A DNA stretch of 64,000 bases, taken from the IMG/VR virus record IMGVR_UViG_2568526312_000010; one strand, 5' to 3'. Positions 50,641 through 61,527 of this stretch are shown here, piece by piece. The stretch is from a virus (lineage: Duplodnaviria > Heunggongvirae > Uroviricota > Caudoviricetes). Position numbers and translations under genes: made by a program. The notes under the pieces are model-generated. The model had not been told where the DNA came from. It saw nothing but the letters and a program-made list of their open reading frames with translations, and did no database searches. Each line of letters opens with the position of its first letter. The stretch's first letter is position 1.

Positions 50641-52578
50641 TCAGCCGCCGGACGCACTGCCGTAGTTCACTCCGGTGATCACCGCCACCGCCGCAGTACG
50701 GCGACGACGCCAGTTGATCCAGCGCTCCGCACGGATGGCCACGCTGCCTGTCTGGAACATGGAAACCAGCTCCACCGGGGACGGCGTGGTACTGTCGCCG
50801 CCCGGCTCAGACTGCATTTCCAGTGATGCCTCGCGGGACATATCCACTGCCACGCCGCCGTCATCCGCCAGATAAATATCCGGGGCATTCACCAGCACCA
50901 GCTGGTCACCCACGTACTGGGAGACAATCACCGGCAGCCCCTGGAAGGAGCCACCCAGCAGGGTCATGTCCGGGTATTCCTTCTGACCCAGCGCATTTTT
51001 ACGCATGGACAGTGCCAGGGCATTGGTGCTGGACATCAGCCAGACCGCACCGGTGGGCTGCAGGTTTGCTGCCACAAACTGTCCAAACGCAGCCTCGGCA
51101 TCCGCATCCGGGTTACCGGTTGATGCCGTGCCCTTCACATCATGGGTGATGGACGCCGGGGAGACATCTGCCACTGCGGCTTTTTTCGGGTCCACAAAGT
51201 CTGTATCCAGACGCGCCACCACCGCTTCCGCCAGCGCATTACGGACCAGTGCATCAGCAGCCGGACTGGAAAAACGGATCAATTCTTCCGTCAGTACCGC
51301 AATGGCCGACACCTTCGCATGACTGAAGGTGATGGATTCAAAATCAAACTTCGTCAGGGGTTTTGCCTTACCCTCACCCACCCAGCCGGCAGCACCGCCG
51401 GACACCTGGGCGTGCACACGGATATTGAATGGCACCTGACGAAGTGCAGGGATCCCGCCCTGACCAAATCGCCCGATAATGGTCTGCGGACGCAGGTAAT
51501 CAATAAAGTCCTGTGCGTATTCCTGATATTCAGACAGGCTGCCTGCCCACTGCGGATCCGTGGTGGTCCCCGCGCCCACTGCCGATTTCAGGACATGATG
51601 CAGACGACTGTCATCCGGATACTGACGACGGGCCACTTCCAGGGCTTCAGATCGGACGCCTTTAGCCGCAGCCAGCGATTTGGCAAAGCGGGCGAAGCCA
51701 ATCCCCTTATCCAGTTTCTGCTCCACACGGATCACCGGCGCAGAAGCCACCGCGGCCACATTCCCGTTACCGGCCTGTTTCACCGGCTGCGCCGTGGCGG
51801 CCTTACCGGCTTCCAGTTCACGCAGGCGCTTCAGGTGCGCATCCACCTGACGGATTTCCGCTGCGGTGTTGTCGTAATGCTCTTCCTCCTCCACATCCAG
51901 CGTGCGCCCTTCCTCTGCGGCTTTGGTCATGACCTCCTCAAGGGAGGCTGCCAGCGCTGCACGCTTGTTTTCAAAACTTTTAATCTGTTCGCCAATATTC
52001 ATTATGGTCTTTTCCTTATGAAAAACGGTTGTTGACTGTGCCGCAGCGCCGGCAGAAGATGCGATTTTCACCACCGGTTTCCGGTTGCCGGACGCGGCAG
52101 AAAACGGGCGGTCGTAAGATTTAATGGTCCGGATGGTGCATTCCGCATTCGCGGGCATGGTGACGGCAGACACCTCCATCAGTTCCCAGCGCAGAAAATG
52201 CAGTCCGCCTCCGTCCAGAAAGGTGTATTCATGGGGACGGAAGCCCACGGACAGCCCCCTGACCAGCCCGGTCTTAATGGCCGCCCAGACCTCATCCAGC
52301 CGGGCAGCCAGTTGCGACGGCATATCCGGTACGGGCTTCACCAGTGTTGCCGTGATTTCCAGCCCTTCGCTGACCCGGCGCACCGTACACTGCCCCACCG
52401 GGCGGGAATGGTCATGCTGCCAGAGAAACGGGATCGCACTGCCAAACTCCGCGCCCTCCGGCTCCAGGATGTCACCATCCCGATCCGGAGAAGGCGTTGA
52501 CGCAATCCCGGTGATCACCCGTTCATCCTCACTGAAGGATTTCACCGTCAGCAGGGAACAGGCCCGTTTAAGAGTCAC
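50641..52578 (-). CDS. prohead protease fused to major capsid protein (HK97-type)
   Basis: N-terminal protease-like domain (SAIPFLWQHDHSRPVGQ), central coiled-coil, C-terminal capsid-like region. Confidence 0.75.
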   Translation of the reverse strand: MTLKRACSLLTVKSFSEDERVITGIASTPSPDRDGDILEPEGAEFGSAIPFLWQHDHSRPVGQCTVRRVSEGLEITATLVKPVPDMPSQLAARLDEVWAAIKTGLVRGLSVGFRPHEYTFLDGGGLHFLRWELMEVSAVTMPANAECTIRTIKSYDRPFSAASGNRKPVVKIASSAGAAAQSTTVFHKEKTIMNIGEQIKSFENKRAALAASLEEVMTKAAEEGRTLDVEEEEHYDNTAAEIRQVDAHLKRLRELEAGKAATAQPVKQAGNGNVAAVASAPVIRVEQKLDKGIGFARFAKSLAAAKGVRSEALEVARRQYPDDSRLHHVLKSAVGAGTTTDPQWAGSLSEYQEYAQDFIDYLRPQTIIGRFGQGGIPALRQVPFNIRVHAQVSGGAAGWVGEGKAKPLTKFDFESITFSHAKVSAIAVLTEELIRFSSPAADALVRNALAEAVVARLDTDFVDPKKAAVADVSPASITHDVKGTASTGNPDADAEAAFGQFVAANLQPTGAVWLMSSTNALALSMRKNALGQKEYPDMTLLGGSFQGLPVIVSQYVGDQLVLVNAPDIYLADDGGVAVDMSREASLEMQSEPGGDSTTPSPVELVSMFQTGSVAIRAERWINWRRRRTAAVAVITGVNYGSASGG

Positions 52579-52641
52579 ATCAGCCTCCTGAAAATAAAAA
52601 AACCGCCGCAGCGGTTCATGATGGTTACAGTGTGAACAGGG

Positions 52642-54303
52642 TTATATGAAAAAAACCGCATATTCTTTCTTTTTCGGTTCCGGGTTAAGGGACATCAGGG
52701 AGACCGCATTGAACAGCGCCATCAGCGGGTCAATTTTTCCCCGTCCACTGGCCTGTTTGGTGATAAGAATGGCGTTACCTTTAGGCTCCACCCGGGCATT
52801 GCCGACACACCAGGCCATCAGGGGCTGGTCACCATGCACCAGCACCCCTTCAGCCAGTTTGCGCTCGGTGGTTTTAATGGCCCCGCCCAGTTTCCAGCCC
52901 TGGCTTATCCCCACCACAATTCCGTCGGGGATCCCGGCTTCCGCCAGTGAATCCAGAATCTGCCCCACCCCTGACGGGTCAATACCGATATGGTCCAGTA
53001 ACTCAGCCTCATGAATGCGACGCACATATTCCGCCACTTCCGCCGTGTCATCCCCGACACGCCGGACAATGGTCATATCTCCACAGGCAACAAGATCCTG
53101 AAACCGGGACGCCTCGCTCTTCCGTCGGACCACCGCGGTTTCATGCGCCCAGGCATGGCCCCAGCCCAGCCATTCGCGGGTTTCCCTGTCACGGCCAATC
53201 ACGTACATTCCCAGCAGATCATCCAGGCCCCCGCCGTCAATCCCCACCGTCACCACATCAGCGCGCTGCAGGATATCGTCCAGGCTGACGCGCCTGCCCT
53301 GCTGCTCCCAGAAATCCGCACCCGCCCAGCGGTCAGAACGCAGGGCAAGACCAATTTCCACATTGGCATGTTTTGACATGAAGCCACGAAATGCTTCCTC
53401 ACCAGCCTCCCGGGCTTTACGGTACTCCCGGTACAGAAAAGCCTCATCCACCGAATAACCGAGATTCGGGTTAACCATGGCGAGGTTTTCCATCAGCAGG
53501 TGAGCCCCGCTTTCCACCATTTCAGGAGGATGCTCAAAAATCACCGGCAGAAAGTGCGGATCATGAATTTTGCCGTCACGGACATCCCGGGCGTACTGCA
53601 GTTTCTGTCTGAACACCCCGGCTGGCGGCTCATTCGACTGGGTGGTCGTATACACCACAAACCCTTCCGGGCGGGAGGCAAGGCCGCCTATGGCTTCACG
53701 TAACATGTCCTCCGCTTTGTACTGCTTGCCAAATAACCACAGTTCATCAATCAGCGTCCCCACGGACTTGATACCGGATACCGTATTCGGATCGGCAGCC
53801 ACCACCTTCAGGGTGGTGTCCGTCACCCTGTGGGTGATGGTCCGGATATGTGTCTGCACCTGACAGAGGTCATCCAGATCATCGTCCCGTCGTACCATAT
53901 CCCTGGCAGGGTTGAAGGCGTTGGCCGCCACCTCCACGGTCGGGGCCAGAATGGTGTAGCCCGCCGCCTGCCGCCAGTTCAGTAACAGCGCCGTCATCAT
54001 GATCCCGGCAGCCAGCGTGGACTTGCTGTTTTTCTTGGGGATAAGGATAAAAACTTCCTTGATATGGCGTACACCGGTCTGCGCATCGTAGGAGCCAAAC
54101 AGGGCCGCCACCAGGTCAAACACCCACTGTGCGCAGGACTCCCCGAACGTCGGGCTGCCCGGTGCATCCACAATCCGCAGTTGTTTAAAAATCGCCAGGG
54201 CATGTGCGGCCTGCTCCGGATAAATCGGAGCCGGAATAATCGACAGCCCCTTTTTCAGGCGCTCTGCCCAGTCCGGGCAGGCCGTGCTCCACACAGGTAT
54301 CAT
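52642..54303 (-). CDS. terminase large subunit
   Basis: 553 aa, P-loop-like LIPKKNSKST, follows small subunit with 4-nt overlap. Confidence 0.8.
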   Translation of the reverse strand: MIPVWSTACPDWAERLKKGLSIIPAPIYPEQAAHALAIFKQLRIVDAPGSPTFGESCAQWVFDLVAALFGSYDAQTGVRHIKEVFILIPKKNSKSTLAAGIMMTALLLNWRQAAGYTILAPTVEVAANAFNPARDMVRRDDDLDDLCQVQTHIRTITHRVTDTTLKVVAADPNTVSGIKSVGTLIDELWLFGKQYKAEDMLREAIGGLASRPEGFVVYTTTQSNEPPAGVFRQKLQYARDVRDGKIHDPHFLPVIFEHPPEMVESGAHLLMENLAMVNPNLGYSVDEAFLYREYRKAREAGEEAFRGFMSKHANVEIGLALRSDRWAGADFWEQQGRRVSLDDILQRADVVTVGIDGGGLDDLLGMYVIGRDRETREWLGWGHAWAHETAVVRRKSEASRFQDLVACGDMTIVRRVGDDTAEVAEYVRRIHEAELLDHIGIDPSGVGQILDSLAEAGIPDGIVVGISQGWKLGGAIKTTERKLAEGVLVHGDQPLMAWCVGNARVEPKGNAILITKQASGRGKIDPLMALFNAVSLMSLNPEPKKKEYAVFFI

Positions 54304-54863
54304 CCGTTGCCCTCATTATCATTATTCACCACCAGGCGGGGTGGTGGTGGCACCGCAAAACGGTTAGCCGCTTTTTTCGCCGCGTCACCTTTTGCCGATT
54401 TTTTACCGGCATCCCCTTTTTTGTGGTGCGTGAACTGCGCCAGCTTATAAGCCGCATCCAGCGCCAGCCTGGGGTCGGTATTAATGTTCTCCACCAGAAG
54501 ACGCCCCATCGCTTTCACCGGATCGGGAAGACCGTCCTCCATATACTCAATACCAGGAGATATCACCACGGGCGGTGGCATCTCCGGATTTGTTTCGTCC
54601 GGCTGTGGTATTGCAGCCGCCTCACGGCGACGGGGTTTATCCTCCTGCTCTGATTTTTTCTGCCGGTAAACAGGAACCTCATCCACCTCCACCGTCTCGC
54701 ATTGTTTACGGGCTATAAACGCAAGCACCTCAGGATCTTTTGCCAGCTGCGAGCCTTTAACCCTGGCGGTCTTCGCCGAATAACCGGCGGCAATGGCTGA
54801 CGCTGTTTTGTTTTTCCCGGACATGAGCGCCAGCGCAAATTTTCGTTTTTGCGTTGTCAGCAC
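54300..54863 (-). CDS. terminase small subunit
   Basis: 187 aa, N-terminal HTH-like, basic C-terminus, directly upstream of large subunit. Confidence 0.65.
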   Translation of the reverse strand: MLTTQKRKFALALMSGKNKTASAIAAGYSAKTARVKGSQLAKDPEVLAFIARKQCETVEVDEVPVYRQKKSEQEDKPRRREAAAIPQPDETNPEMPPPVVISPGIEYMEDGLPDPVKAMGRLLVENINTDPRLALDAAYKLAQFTHHKKGDAGKKSAKGDAAKKAANRFAVPPPPRLVVNNDNEGNG

Positions 54864-54937
54864 AGCCTCCTCCCGGGTCCATAACGCACTCAGCCGGGTA
54901 TGGTTCAGCCCATTTTTCCCGGCATCTCATGCCGCAA

Positions 54938-55059
54938 ATGTTAACTGCTGCCTGGTTAACATTTGCTGAAAAAGCCAGTTAACATTTTTTCCGCACAACA
55001 AACTGAATAATAAAGATAAAAACCGCAAAAATGCCCGGACAGCCAGTTAACATGTTAAC
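54938..55059. repeat. array of five GTTAAC-core motifs (CAGTTAACAT / ATGTTAACTG) upstream of terminase small subunit
   Basis: motifs in both orientations within 120 bp between HNH and terS genes. Confidence 0.6.
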
Positions 55060-55152
55060 TGCCCTGAAACGGGAATTTTTTCTCTGCGTGAGAGGGGGCG
55101 CGGTGTCCAGGGCGATCGTTTTTTTTCGCCGGATGATCCCCCCCGGGTCTGG

Positions 55153-55518
55153 TCACAGGCCAGTGATTCCGTCGGCCCTGAGCGTGCCATCAGGAAGCTC
55201 AGGCAACGTCGGATCAGGCATACCACCCGCCGCTTCACTCGCTGACTTCTGGCGATGGCATTCAGTACAGAGGGTCCAGAGGTTCGTCTCCTCATTACCA
55301 CCACCGAACTGAAGTGCAATGCGGTGATCGAGTTCACTGTCACAAAGGTCAACCACGCGTCTACAGAGACAACAGTGTCCGGCATCCCTCCGCCAGATAC
55401 GACGTTTGAGGGAAACCCGGGCACTGCCACTGACACGACGCTGTTCCCCCCTCAGGACATTTATCCGCCGGGTGTTCAGAGTTTTGATTCTGCCCGGTAA
55501 CGTACGAAGCACAGCCAT
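55153..55518 (-). CDS. HNH endonuclease
   Basis: CCLCRRVVDL...LDHRIALQFGGGNEETNLWTLCTECHRQK HNH motif; adjacent to terminase. Confidence 0.8.
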   Translation of the reverse strand: MAVLRTLPGRIKTLNTRRINVLRGEQRRVSGSARVSLKRRIWRRDAGHCCLCRRVVDLCDSELDHRIALQFGGGNEETNLWTLCTECHRQKSASEAAGGMPDPTLPELPDGTLRADGITGL

Positions 55519-55559
55519 GTAAAATCCTCGCCATATAGCTTGTCACCAGAGGAAAGAAA

Positions 55560-55787
55560 ATGTCATCGAAAAACCGGCCCCGCAGAACAACAACCCGCAA
55601 CATCCGATTTCCAAACCAGATGATTGAACAAATTAACATCGCTCTTGACCAGAAAGGTTCAGAAAATTTTTCTGCGTGGGTCATTGAATCTTGCCGCCGG
55701 GAGCTGGCAGCAGACATAAAATATGCCCGTCAGTTGACTATAAAAAAGAATGATACACAGTATGCTCTGCGATGGCTGTTCATATAA
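55560..55787 (+). CDS. ribbon-helix-helix-like small protein (paralogue of 5919..6143)
   Basis: first 50 aa about 90 percent identical to the prophage 1 copy, C-terminus different. Confidence 0.45.
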   Translation: MSSKNRPRRTTTRNIRFPNQMIEQINIALDQKGSENFSAWVIESCRRELAADIKYARQLTIKKNDTQYALRWLFI

Positions 55788-56149
55788 CTATTTCTTTATA
55801 TTGCTGAATTTATAAAAACTCACAGACATTAGCTGTATTAATTCCGAATTGAAATAATCAGCCATATAGAATAAAAATAAAGCATAACAATAATAATCTT
55901 CTACCCAATCAGTACATTACTGCTGTGACTCCAACACGGCAGTTTTTTTATTGAACAGATTCCAGTTTCTTCCACCATCGCACCGGACGGGCGACCATGA
56001 GGGGAGAACGCCGCGCTCCGTTTACGCGGTAAACCCCGGTGTGTATCGTTTTTGATTATCCCCGCACACTCTCGCAGAGGAGTCTCCCTGTCGGGCTGCG
56101 GTCTCTGTTAATGCAGGAATACGGCGACGATACGGCGCATCAGCAAAAC

Positions 56150-56617
56150 TTAGTTCAGGCACTGAGTGCGGATATAGTCCTGTGCCCCTTCCAGCTGCTT
56201 CTGCATTGTCATCAACCGTTCTCTGAGGATGAAATAATCCCGTTCAGCGGTGTCTGCCAGTCGGGGGCCGGTTGCATTATCCACGCCGGAGGTGCCGGTG
56301 GCTTCACGCACGGTACCGGAGCAGGTGGCGTTGATCCGCAGGCGCTTACGACCAGCGGCAACATCAGCACGCAGAGTTTCATTTTCAGCTCTCGCATCGG
56401 CTAACTCCCTCGAGTATTTTGCATCGAGCGCAGCAACATCACGCTGGCGCACCTGCATGTCAGTAATGGTGGCATTCGCCTGTTCCAGCTCTCTGGCTTT
56501 TTTATCGCGCTGCGCTTTGTAGGTGAGCGCGTTGTCACGGTAATGGTTTGTTGCCAGCCACAGCGCACCATAGCCAACCGCCAGGACAATAATCACCACA
56601 CACAGAACACGGTTCAT
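56150..56617 (-). CDS. Rz: Rz i-spanin (diverged allele)
   Basis: 155 aa, about 85 percent identical to prophage 1 Rz. Confidence 0.8.
   Translation of the reverse strand: MNRVLCVVIIVLAVGYGALWLATNHYRDNALTYKAQRDKKARELEQANATITDMQVRQRDVAALDAKYSRELADARAENETLRADVAAGRKRLRINATCSGTVREATGTSGVDNATGPRLADTAERDYFILRERLMTMQKQLEGAQDYIRTQCLN
56212..56397 (-). CDS. Rz1: Rz1 o-spanin lipoprotein
   Basis: lipobox LVVSAC, proline-rich, nested in Rz. Confidence 0.7.
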   Translation of the reverse strand: MRELKMKLCVLMLPLVVSACGSTPPAPVPCVKPPAPPAWIMQPAPDWQTPLNGIISSSENG

Positions 56618-56770
56618 CTCTCTTTCACCCCACCAGTCCCGATAACGTCAGGACTCGCCAGGCGGTGGAAAAGAAAATGGCAACCAGCATGACTAAAAAT
56701 GAAATGCCGACAAGTACACAGAGGCTCTTCACCAGCGTTATGAGTTTATCTGATATCATTAGCCACCCCA

Positions 56771-57340
56771 TCAATCCGCCTTTGTTATTTTCCCTTTGCC
56801 TGTATCAGCCAGGACAAAATCAATCAGCATATTCGCTTCATTTACCAGCGTACGGATTTTTGATACATGCGCGGCTTTAACCTGTTTCCACTCATTCAGC
56901 CCGGTAGCAAACACACTGGCAATGTTTTTATCCCGTTTCATGTCAGCACAAGCCTGGTTGAGTTCTTCCATCACGCTCATTTTACGGGGATTAACGACAA
57001 AACCCTTCGTCCAGTACTCGTAAAGAACATCGTCGCACTCTTCCTGATACCGGATGACCTTATCGCGGATTTCGGGTTTTACTTTGTTGGGATTAATGGT
57101 TTGTAGCCAGCCGGCAAGTTTTCGAAGTGGCATGGACACCATATTGCGTTGTTTCCCATCCTCAGCAACCATAACGATTTCCGTTATAGTTGACGCAAAA
57201 CGCTGTCTTAACTTAGCCAACTGTGATTGCCAGGCCAGCCCCATCCCCGCAACGACAGGTTTCATGGGAACGTATGGTTCGCCATTATGGTTAACTACAT
57301 AAAGAGAGTTGCCGTGAAACGGCACGGCCATCATATTCAT
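56771..57340 (-). CDS. antirepressor-like protein (identical to 7619..8188)
   Basis: identical translation. Confidence 0.5.
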   Translation of the reverse strand: MNMMAVPFHGNSLYVVNHNGEPYVPMKPVVAGMGLAWQSQLAKLRQRFASTITEIVMVAEDGKQRNMVSMPLRKLAGWLQTINPNKVKPEIRDKVIRYQEECDDVLYEYWTKGFVVNPRKMSVMEELNQACADMKRDKNIASVFATGLNEWKQVKAAHVSKIRTLVNEANMLIDFVLADTGKGKITKAD

Positions 57341-57610
57341 CGGTTATTTCCTTTTAGTGATGAACCTTGTCTCACAGGAATCCAGCCCACAGAAAGGCAC
57401 CGACAGCCAAACCGGTATCCTCAAGGGTCATCCTGAAAGGTTCTGTGTTGTGAGATGCGCGTGAGATGCGCAGAAATGACAAAGGCATCATTACGGTGCC
57501 TGAGTGTTAAACAACTGTTTTGACTTTATTCACTTACATTTTGCCAATTTGCAGGATTTCGTGTTATCCGTCCATGTAAGCAAACCTCATTTTTCAGCAA
57601 AATATTCTGC

Positions 57611-58144
57611 TTATCTGTCGATTCCCCAGCACGCCAGCGCGCTCTCCTGGTCACGACGGGATACCTGACCGTAACAGTTATTTGAGCGAATACGGCAGTC
57701 CCTGCCACCGTCCTTAATCCACCAGCGAATCGCTTCGCAGGCACCTTTTCGATCTCCTGCATTAATCCGTCTGTAAAACGTCGACGGGAAACACTTACCG
57801 GGGCCAATGTTGTACGGACAGAATGACGCGATCCCCGCTTTCTGGGGTTCGGTCAGCGGCACTCTGATGTTTTTCTCCACCCATGCCAGCGCCTTATCAC
57901 GCTCAATGGCGTTAACCCGGTCGCATTTTTCCTTCGACAGCTTCATGCCAGGAATAACAGGCTTACCATCCCCCCGGGTGGCTCCACGGCAGATGGTCCA
58001 GATACCCGCACCATCACGGTATGCTGTGGTGTGGTTACCTTCCTTTTCATCCAGAAACTGGTCGAGGATTTCAGGCGCAGACGCCCCTGCACCAATCAGC
58101 GCCAGAACGGCAGCCGACAGGCCGTATCTGATTTTTGCGTTCAT
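57611..58144 (-). CDS. R: SAR endolysin (identical copy)
   Basis: identical translation to 8459..8992. Confidence 0.85.
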   Translation of the reverse strand: MNAKIRYGLSAAVLALIGAGASAPEILDQFLDEKEGNHTTAYRDGAGIWTICRGATRGDGKPVIPGMKLSKEKCDRVNAIERDKALAWVEKNIRVPLTEPQKAGIASFCPYNIGPGKCFPSTFYRRINAGDRKGACEAIRWWIKDGGRDCRIRSNNCYGQVSRRDQESALACWGIDR

Positions 58145-58194
58145 GGATATTTATCAGGGTTTATCGATTTCAAATCCCTGGATATGTTAAGTCT

Positions 58195-58542
58195 TCAGGC
58201 CAGCGGTGGAGTCTTCAGAGAACCCGTAATTATTCCCGGTAGTTTTCCTCTGTAGGTTATCAACACATCCTGCGCCTCTAAAATTACGGGACGCTTTTCC
58301 GGTAACGGACCATCCCCTTCACATAACCCGGCAGCAACATCCATGAAAAACTGCTTCGCCTGCTTTTTCGCCTCAGCTTCGTAAAACTCCAGCGTGGCAC
58401 CTTCAGTACGGTCAAGACTAATCGCCACATCTGGCAACAACAGTGACGGATACCCACCAATTTCCGGTGCCACAGTAACAGTAATCTTATCCGGGTAATT
58501 ATTTATCCCTTTAACAACCAGTTCGTATTTTTTCTTCATCAC
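58195..58542 (-). CDS. hypothetical protein within lysis cassette (identical copy)
   Basis: identical translation to 9043..9390. Confidence 0.45.
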   Translation of the reverse strand: MMKKKYELVVKGINNYPDKITVTVAPEIGGYPSLLLPDVAISLDRTEGATLEFYEAEAKKQAKQFFMDVAAGLCEGDGPLPEKRPVILEAQDVLITYRGKLPGIITGSLKTPPLA

Positions 58543-58543
58543 T

Positions 58544-58750
58544 TTACTCTCCCCGCGCCGCCTTACGCCGGTCTTCTTTAATCTTGAAATACAGGTTCGT
58601 CAGATATGTCAGCAGCCCAAACAGCAGACTCCCCAGCACGCCTATCGCCACCCACTGGGACGGAGAGACTTTGTCCAGCAGCTGCAGTAACCAGTATCCC
58701 GTCCCCACCGCTGACGTGGTGTATGACACACCCGTTGTGATTTTTTCCAT
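58544..58750 (-). CDS. S: pinholin S21-like (identical copy)
   Basis: identical translation to 9392..9598. Confidence 0.85.
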   Translation of the reverse strand: MEKITTGVSYTTSAVGTGYWLLQLLDKVSPSQWVAIGVLGSLLFGLLTYLTNLYFKIKEDRRKAARGE

Positions 58751-59006
58751 CTGATGTATGTCTCCGTCACCGCCGACAGAAAATGAAAGTAAAGAAAAAC
58801 AAAAAAGCCGCCAGTGTCACCCACTGACGGCCAACGCCGGGAGCCGTGATTATGGCATTCAGGCTCTGCTAAAAATGCCAGATAACATTCCGGCCACCCC
58901 CTGATTCAGGTTATAAATGACACAATATCTTGACAACATCCGTCACTGTCTGTCAGAAAATGTACTGCCATATAGAAGCAACATGTGAAGTACATCTATC
59001 CTTTTG

Positions 59007-59049
59007 AGCCAGCACCTCTCCACCGAAAGTCAGTGCTGGCTGTTTTTTT
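59007..59049 (+). terminator. plus-strand terminator (copy of 9855..9897)
   Basis: same hairpin plus T7 at offset +49152. Confidence 0.5.
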
Positions 59050-59157
59050 CCTTAATAAAGCATCTGTAACTGAAACAATCCGCATATTGATAATATATTG
59101 ACAGGCATCATTGCTGTCTGTGAAAAATAAGTCTCTACAAACATATAAGGCCTTTTA

Positions 59158-59197
59158 GCCAGCGTCTTCTTTCAGGTCAGTCGCTGGCTCTTTTTTT
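59158..59197 (+). terminator. plus-strand terminator (copy of 10006..10045)
   Basis: same hairpin plus T7. Confidence 0.5.
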
Positions 59198-59198
59198 A

Positions 59199-61049
59199 TT
59201 ATGCTGCCGGTGCATTTATCTCCAGCACCAGACTTTCTATCTCAACGCCATACGCTGCATTTTTTGTAACATCCGTCAGCGTCAGCGCATTCAGTCCCAG
59301 TGTCAGACTGTCTTTTATAACCTGGAATGCCGGGCCAGCCACTCCATTCAGTTTCGGAGTAACCGTGGCACTGCCGGCGGTGAACACCAGCTCCAGCGTC
59401 TGCCAGTCGTTACCGTAATCGCCGAACTCCCCCAGCTTCGTGTTTCCGGCTTTCCTGTGATGCATCAGATTCACTCTGCCGTCAGTGGTCTGAGTAAAGT
59501 ACGACATCAGGAACGGATTACCGGTACCCGTCATCGCCACACCATCAGGAACGGGAGCATCCGTATACAGATAAATCCCCAGCCCGAACTGATTGTTGGT
59601 CAGCGCGCCTGACAGGCGGAACTTACAGGTCAGTCTGCCGCCCTGTGTCAGCAGGGTAATTGCGTCATCCACCGGATGCGTCAGGGACCAGGTTTTATTG
59701 CTCTGCCTGGTGATCTTAAATACACCATCTGACAACTGAATTCCGCCATCCTTAATGCTCCAGCCCTGCGCAGCAGCCTCTCCGGCTGCCGGCAGCAGGG
59801 AGATTGTGCGAACGGACGTATCTGCAGACGGACCCGATGGCGTGTTGCCGCCGGGCGAGGGTTTGATTTCCGGTGCCTTACCACTGATGAAGGCTGAGGT
59901 GCGCCCGGCTGCGTTCAGAATAGCGGTTGCCAGACGCTCCGGAATAATGCTCCTGCGCGCCCATGAACTGAAATGTGTCGGGCGGTTTGATGATACCTGG
60001 TTTCCATTCGTTCTCGATGCCGCACCGTAATATCCTGATGCCGGAATATCCGGATCTTCTGCCGGCGCGTTAGTGGCGGTATTGACGCCGTTACCGTCTG
60101 TCATGAAGGGCACAAAATAAACGCCCTCACTCTCCCTGTTTTTATACCCGCCGTACACGGTGTCGTACTGGGTAGCGTATGTATTTTTCCAGTAATACGT
60201 CGTGTCACCACAAATCCACGGCACATCTGCAGCACTGCCACCATGGCACTGCGCGTTAAACACGGAGAGGTCAGCACGAAACTGTGCCAGCATGGCTGTA
60301 AACAGCGCAGGTTGCTGTGCGTGGGTGGCGGCGCTCATGTCAAACTCTCCCTGCATCCAGCAGACGGCCAGCAGAACGTTTTTGGGATTTTTCTGCAATG
60401 CCGCTTTTGTGCGGGAAATCAGATCCTGATATAACGGCTTGCCCACCCCCCAGCGTGCCGAATCCTGGCTGGCCCCCGTGGACTCGCTGAATGTCCCCTC
60501 CGCGCCCTGGGTAAATGCCGAACCACCACGACAGCATGGTACCAGCAGGATCCCCGCGTTATTCGGGATATACGGGAGCAGTTTTTTGGCAATATGTAAC
60601 CCCTGGCCGACACAGCCGTACTGCCCTTTGCTCAGGTCTGCCTTCGGATGATTCAGCGTACTCATATCCTGCACATCATGCAGGCAGTGGTCGGCCGGAA
60701 TAATATCGTTATATCTGCAGGCAGCCCCACCCGGCGTCACTGTACTGCGGCGCGCCAGCTGTTTAATGCGCGGATCCGGAGCATCGTATGAATCCGGCAG
60801 CGGAAGCCCTTCACCGTAAGCCATGGCATTGGACTGCCCGGCCAGTACGATGACGTAGTACCAATCCGGCTCAGTTGCACCACTGACCACCACATCACCT
60901 TCTGCTGTAATCGCCTGCATCAGGGTATAAGGGGTTATGGCCACCGGACTACCAAACGGCTGCCAGCCCTCTTTCAGTTTGTGTGTCAGCTTTTCCGCAA
61001 GGTCTGACGGCGACGCCGCCCTGACAACATCATAATGTTTAATCGACAT
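59199..61049 (-). CDS. nanS: NanS-p sialate O-acetylesterase (identical copy)
   Basis: 616 aa identical to 10047..11897. Confidence 0.8.
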   Translation of the reverse strand: MSIKHYDVVRAASPSDLAEKLTHKLKEGWQPFGSPVAITPYTLMQAITAEGDVVVSGATEPDWYYVIVLAGQSNAMAYGEGLPLPDSYDAPDPRIKQLARRSTVTPGGAACRYNDIIPADHCLHDVQDMSTLNHPKADLSKGQYGCVGQGLHIAKKLLPYIPNNAGILLVPCCRGGSAFTQGAEGTFSESTGASQDSARWGVGKPLYQDLISRTKAALQKNPKNVLLAVCWMQGEFDMSAATHAQQPALFTAMLAQFRADLSVFNAQCHGGSAADVPWICGDTTYYWKNTYATQYDTVYGGYKNRESEGVYFVPFMTDGNGVNTATNAPAEDPDIPASGYYGAASRTNGNQVSSNRPTHFSSWARRSIIPERLATAILNAAGRTSAFISGKAPEIKPSPGGNTPSGPSADTSVRTISLLPAAGEAAAQGWSIKDGGIQLSDGVFKITRQSNKTWSLTHPVDDAITLLTQGGRLTCKFRLSGALTNNQFGLGIYLYTDAPVPDGVAMTGTGNPFLMSYFTQTTDGRVNLMHHRKAGNTKLGEFGDYGNDWQTLELVFTAGSATVTPKLNGVAGPAFQVIKDSLTLGLNALTLTDVTKNAAYGVEIESLVLEINAPAA

Positions 61050-61527
61050 CGAATTTCTCCCGTGTACAGGAACAGAGTTAAAAAGCCGGAACCGGAATCA
61101 AATCACAGGATGACCATCTGCCAGTGGCTGGTCGTAAAAAAAAGGCCGCGCCATGCGCAGCCGGAAATAAAGGGATAACGATGATAGTTTGAGAAAAACA
61201 GAAATAACACTTTTGTGGCAAAGCATGGTGCCGGGTGCCTCCCGGTGAATTCAGTACCAGCACCTGAATCCGCGATTATCCCATATACCTTCTTGCTGAT
61301 CGCCCCTCCGCACAGGGGGATTCACCATGCAGAAGTGTTTTTAATAAACAGCAAACAAAAAAATCAAGCATTATGCAGGCTGTTTCTTTTTATCACCGGC
61401 CACAGCAATACCACAATGCCGCAGACCAGCACCCCATCCGCCAGCACCGACATGATTCTGCTGGTGAAATCCACCATCACCACCAGAAACAGCAGGAGTG
61501 CAGCCACAGTCAGGCGCAGTTTTACCG

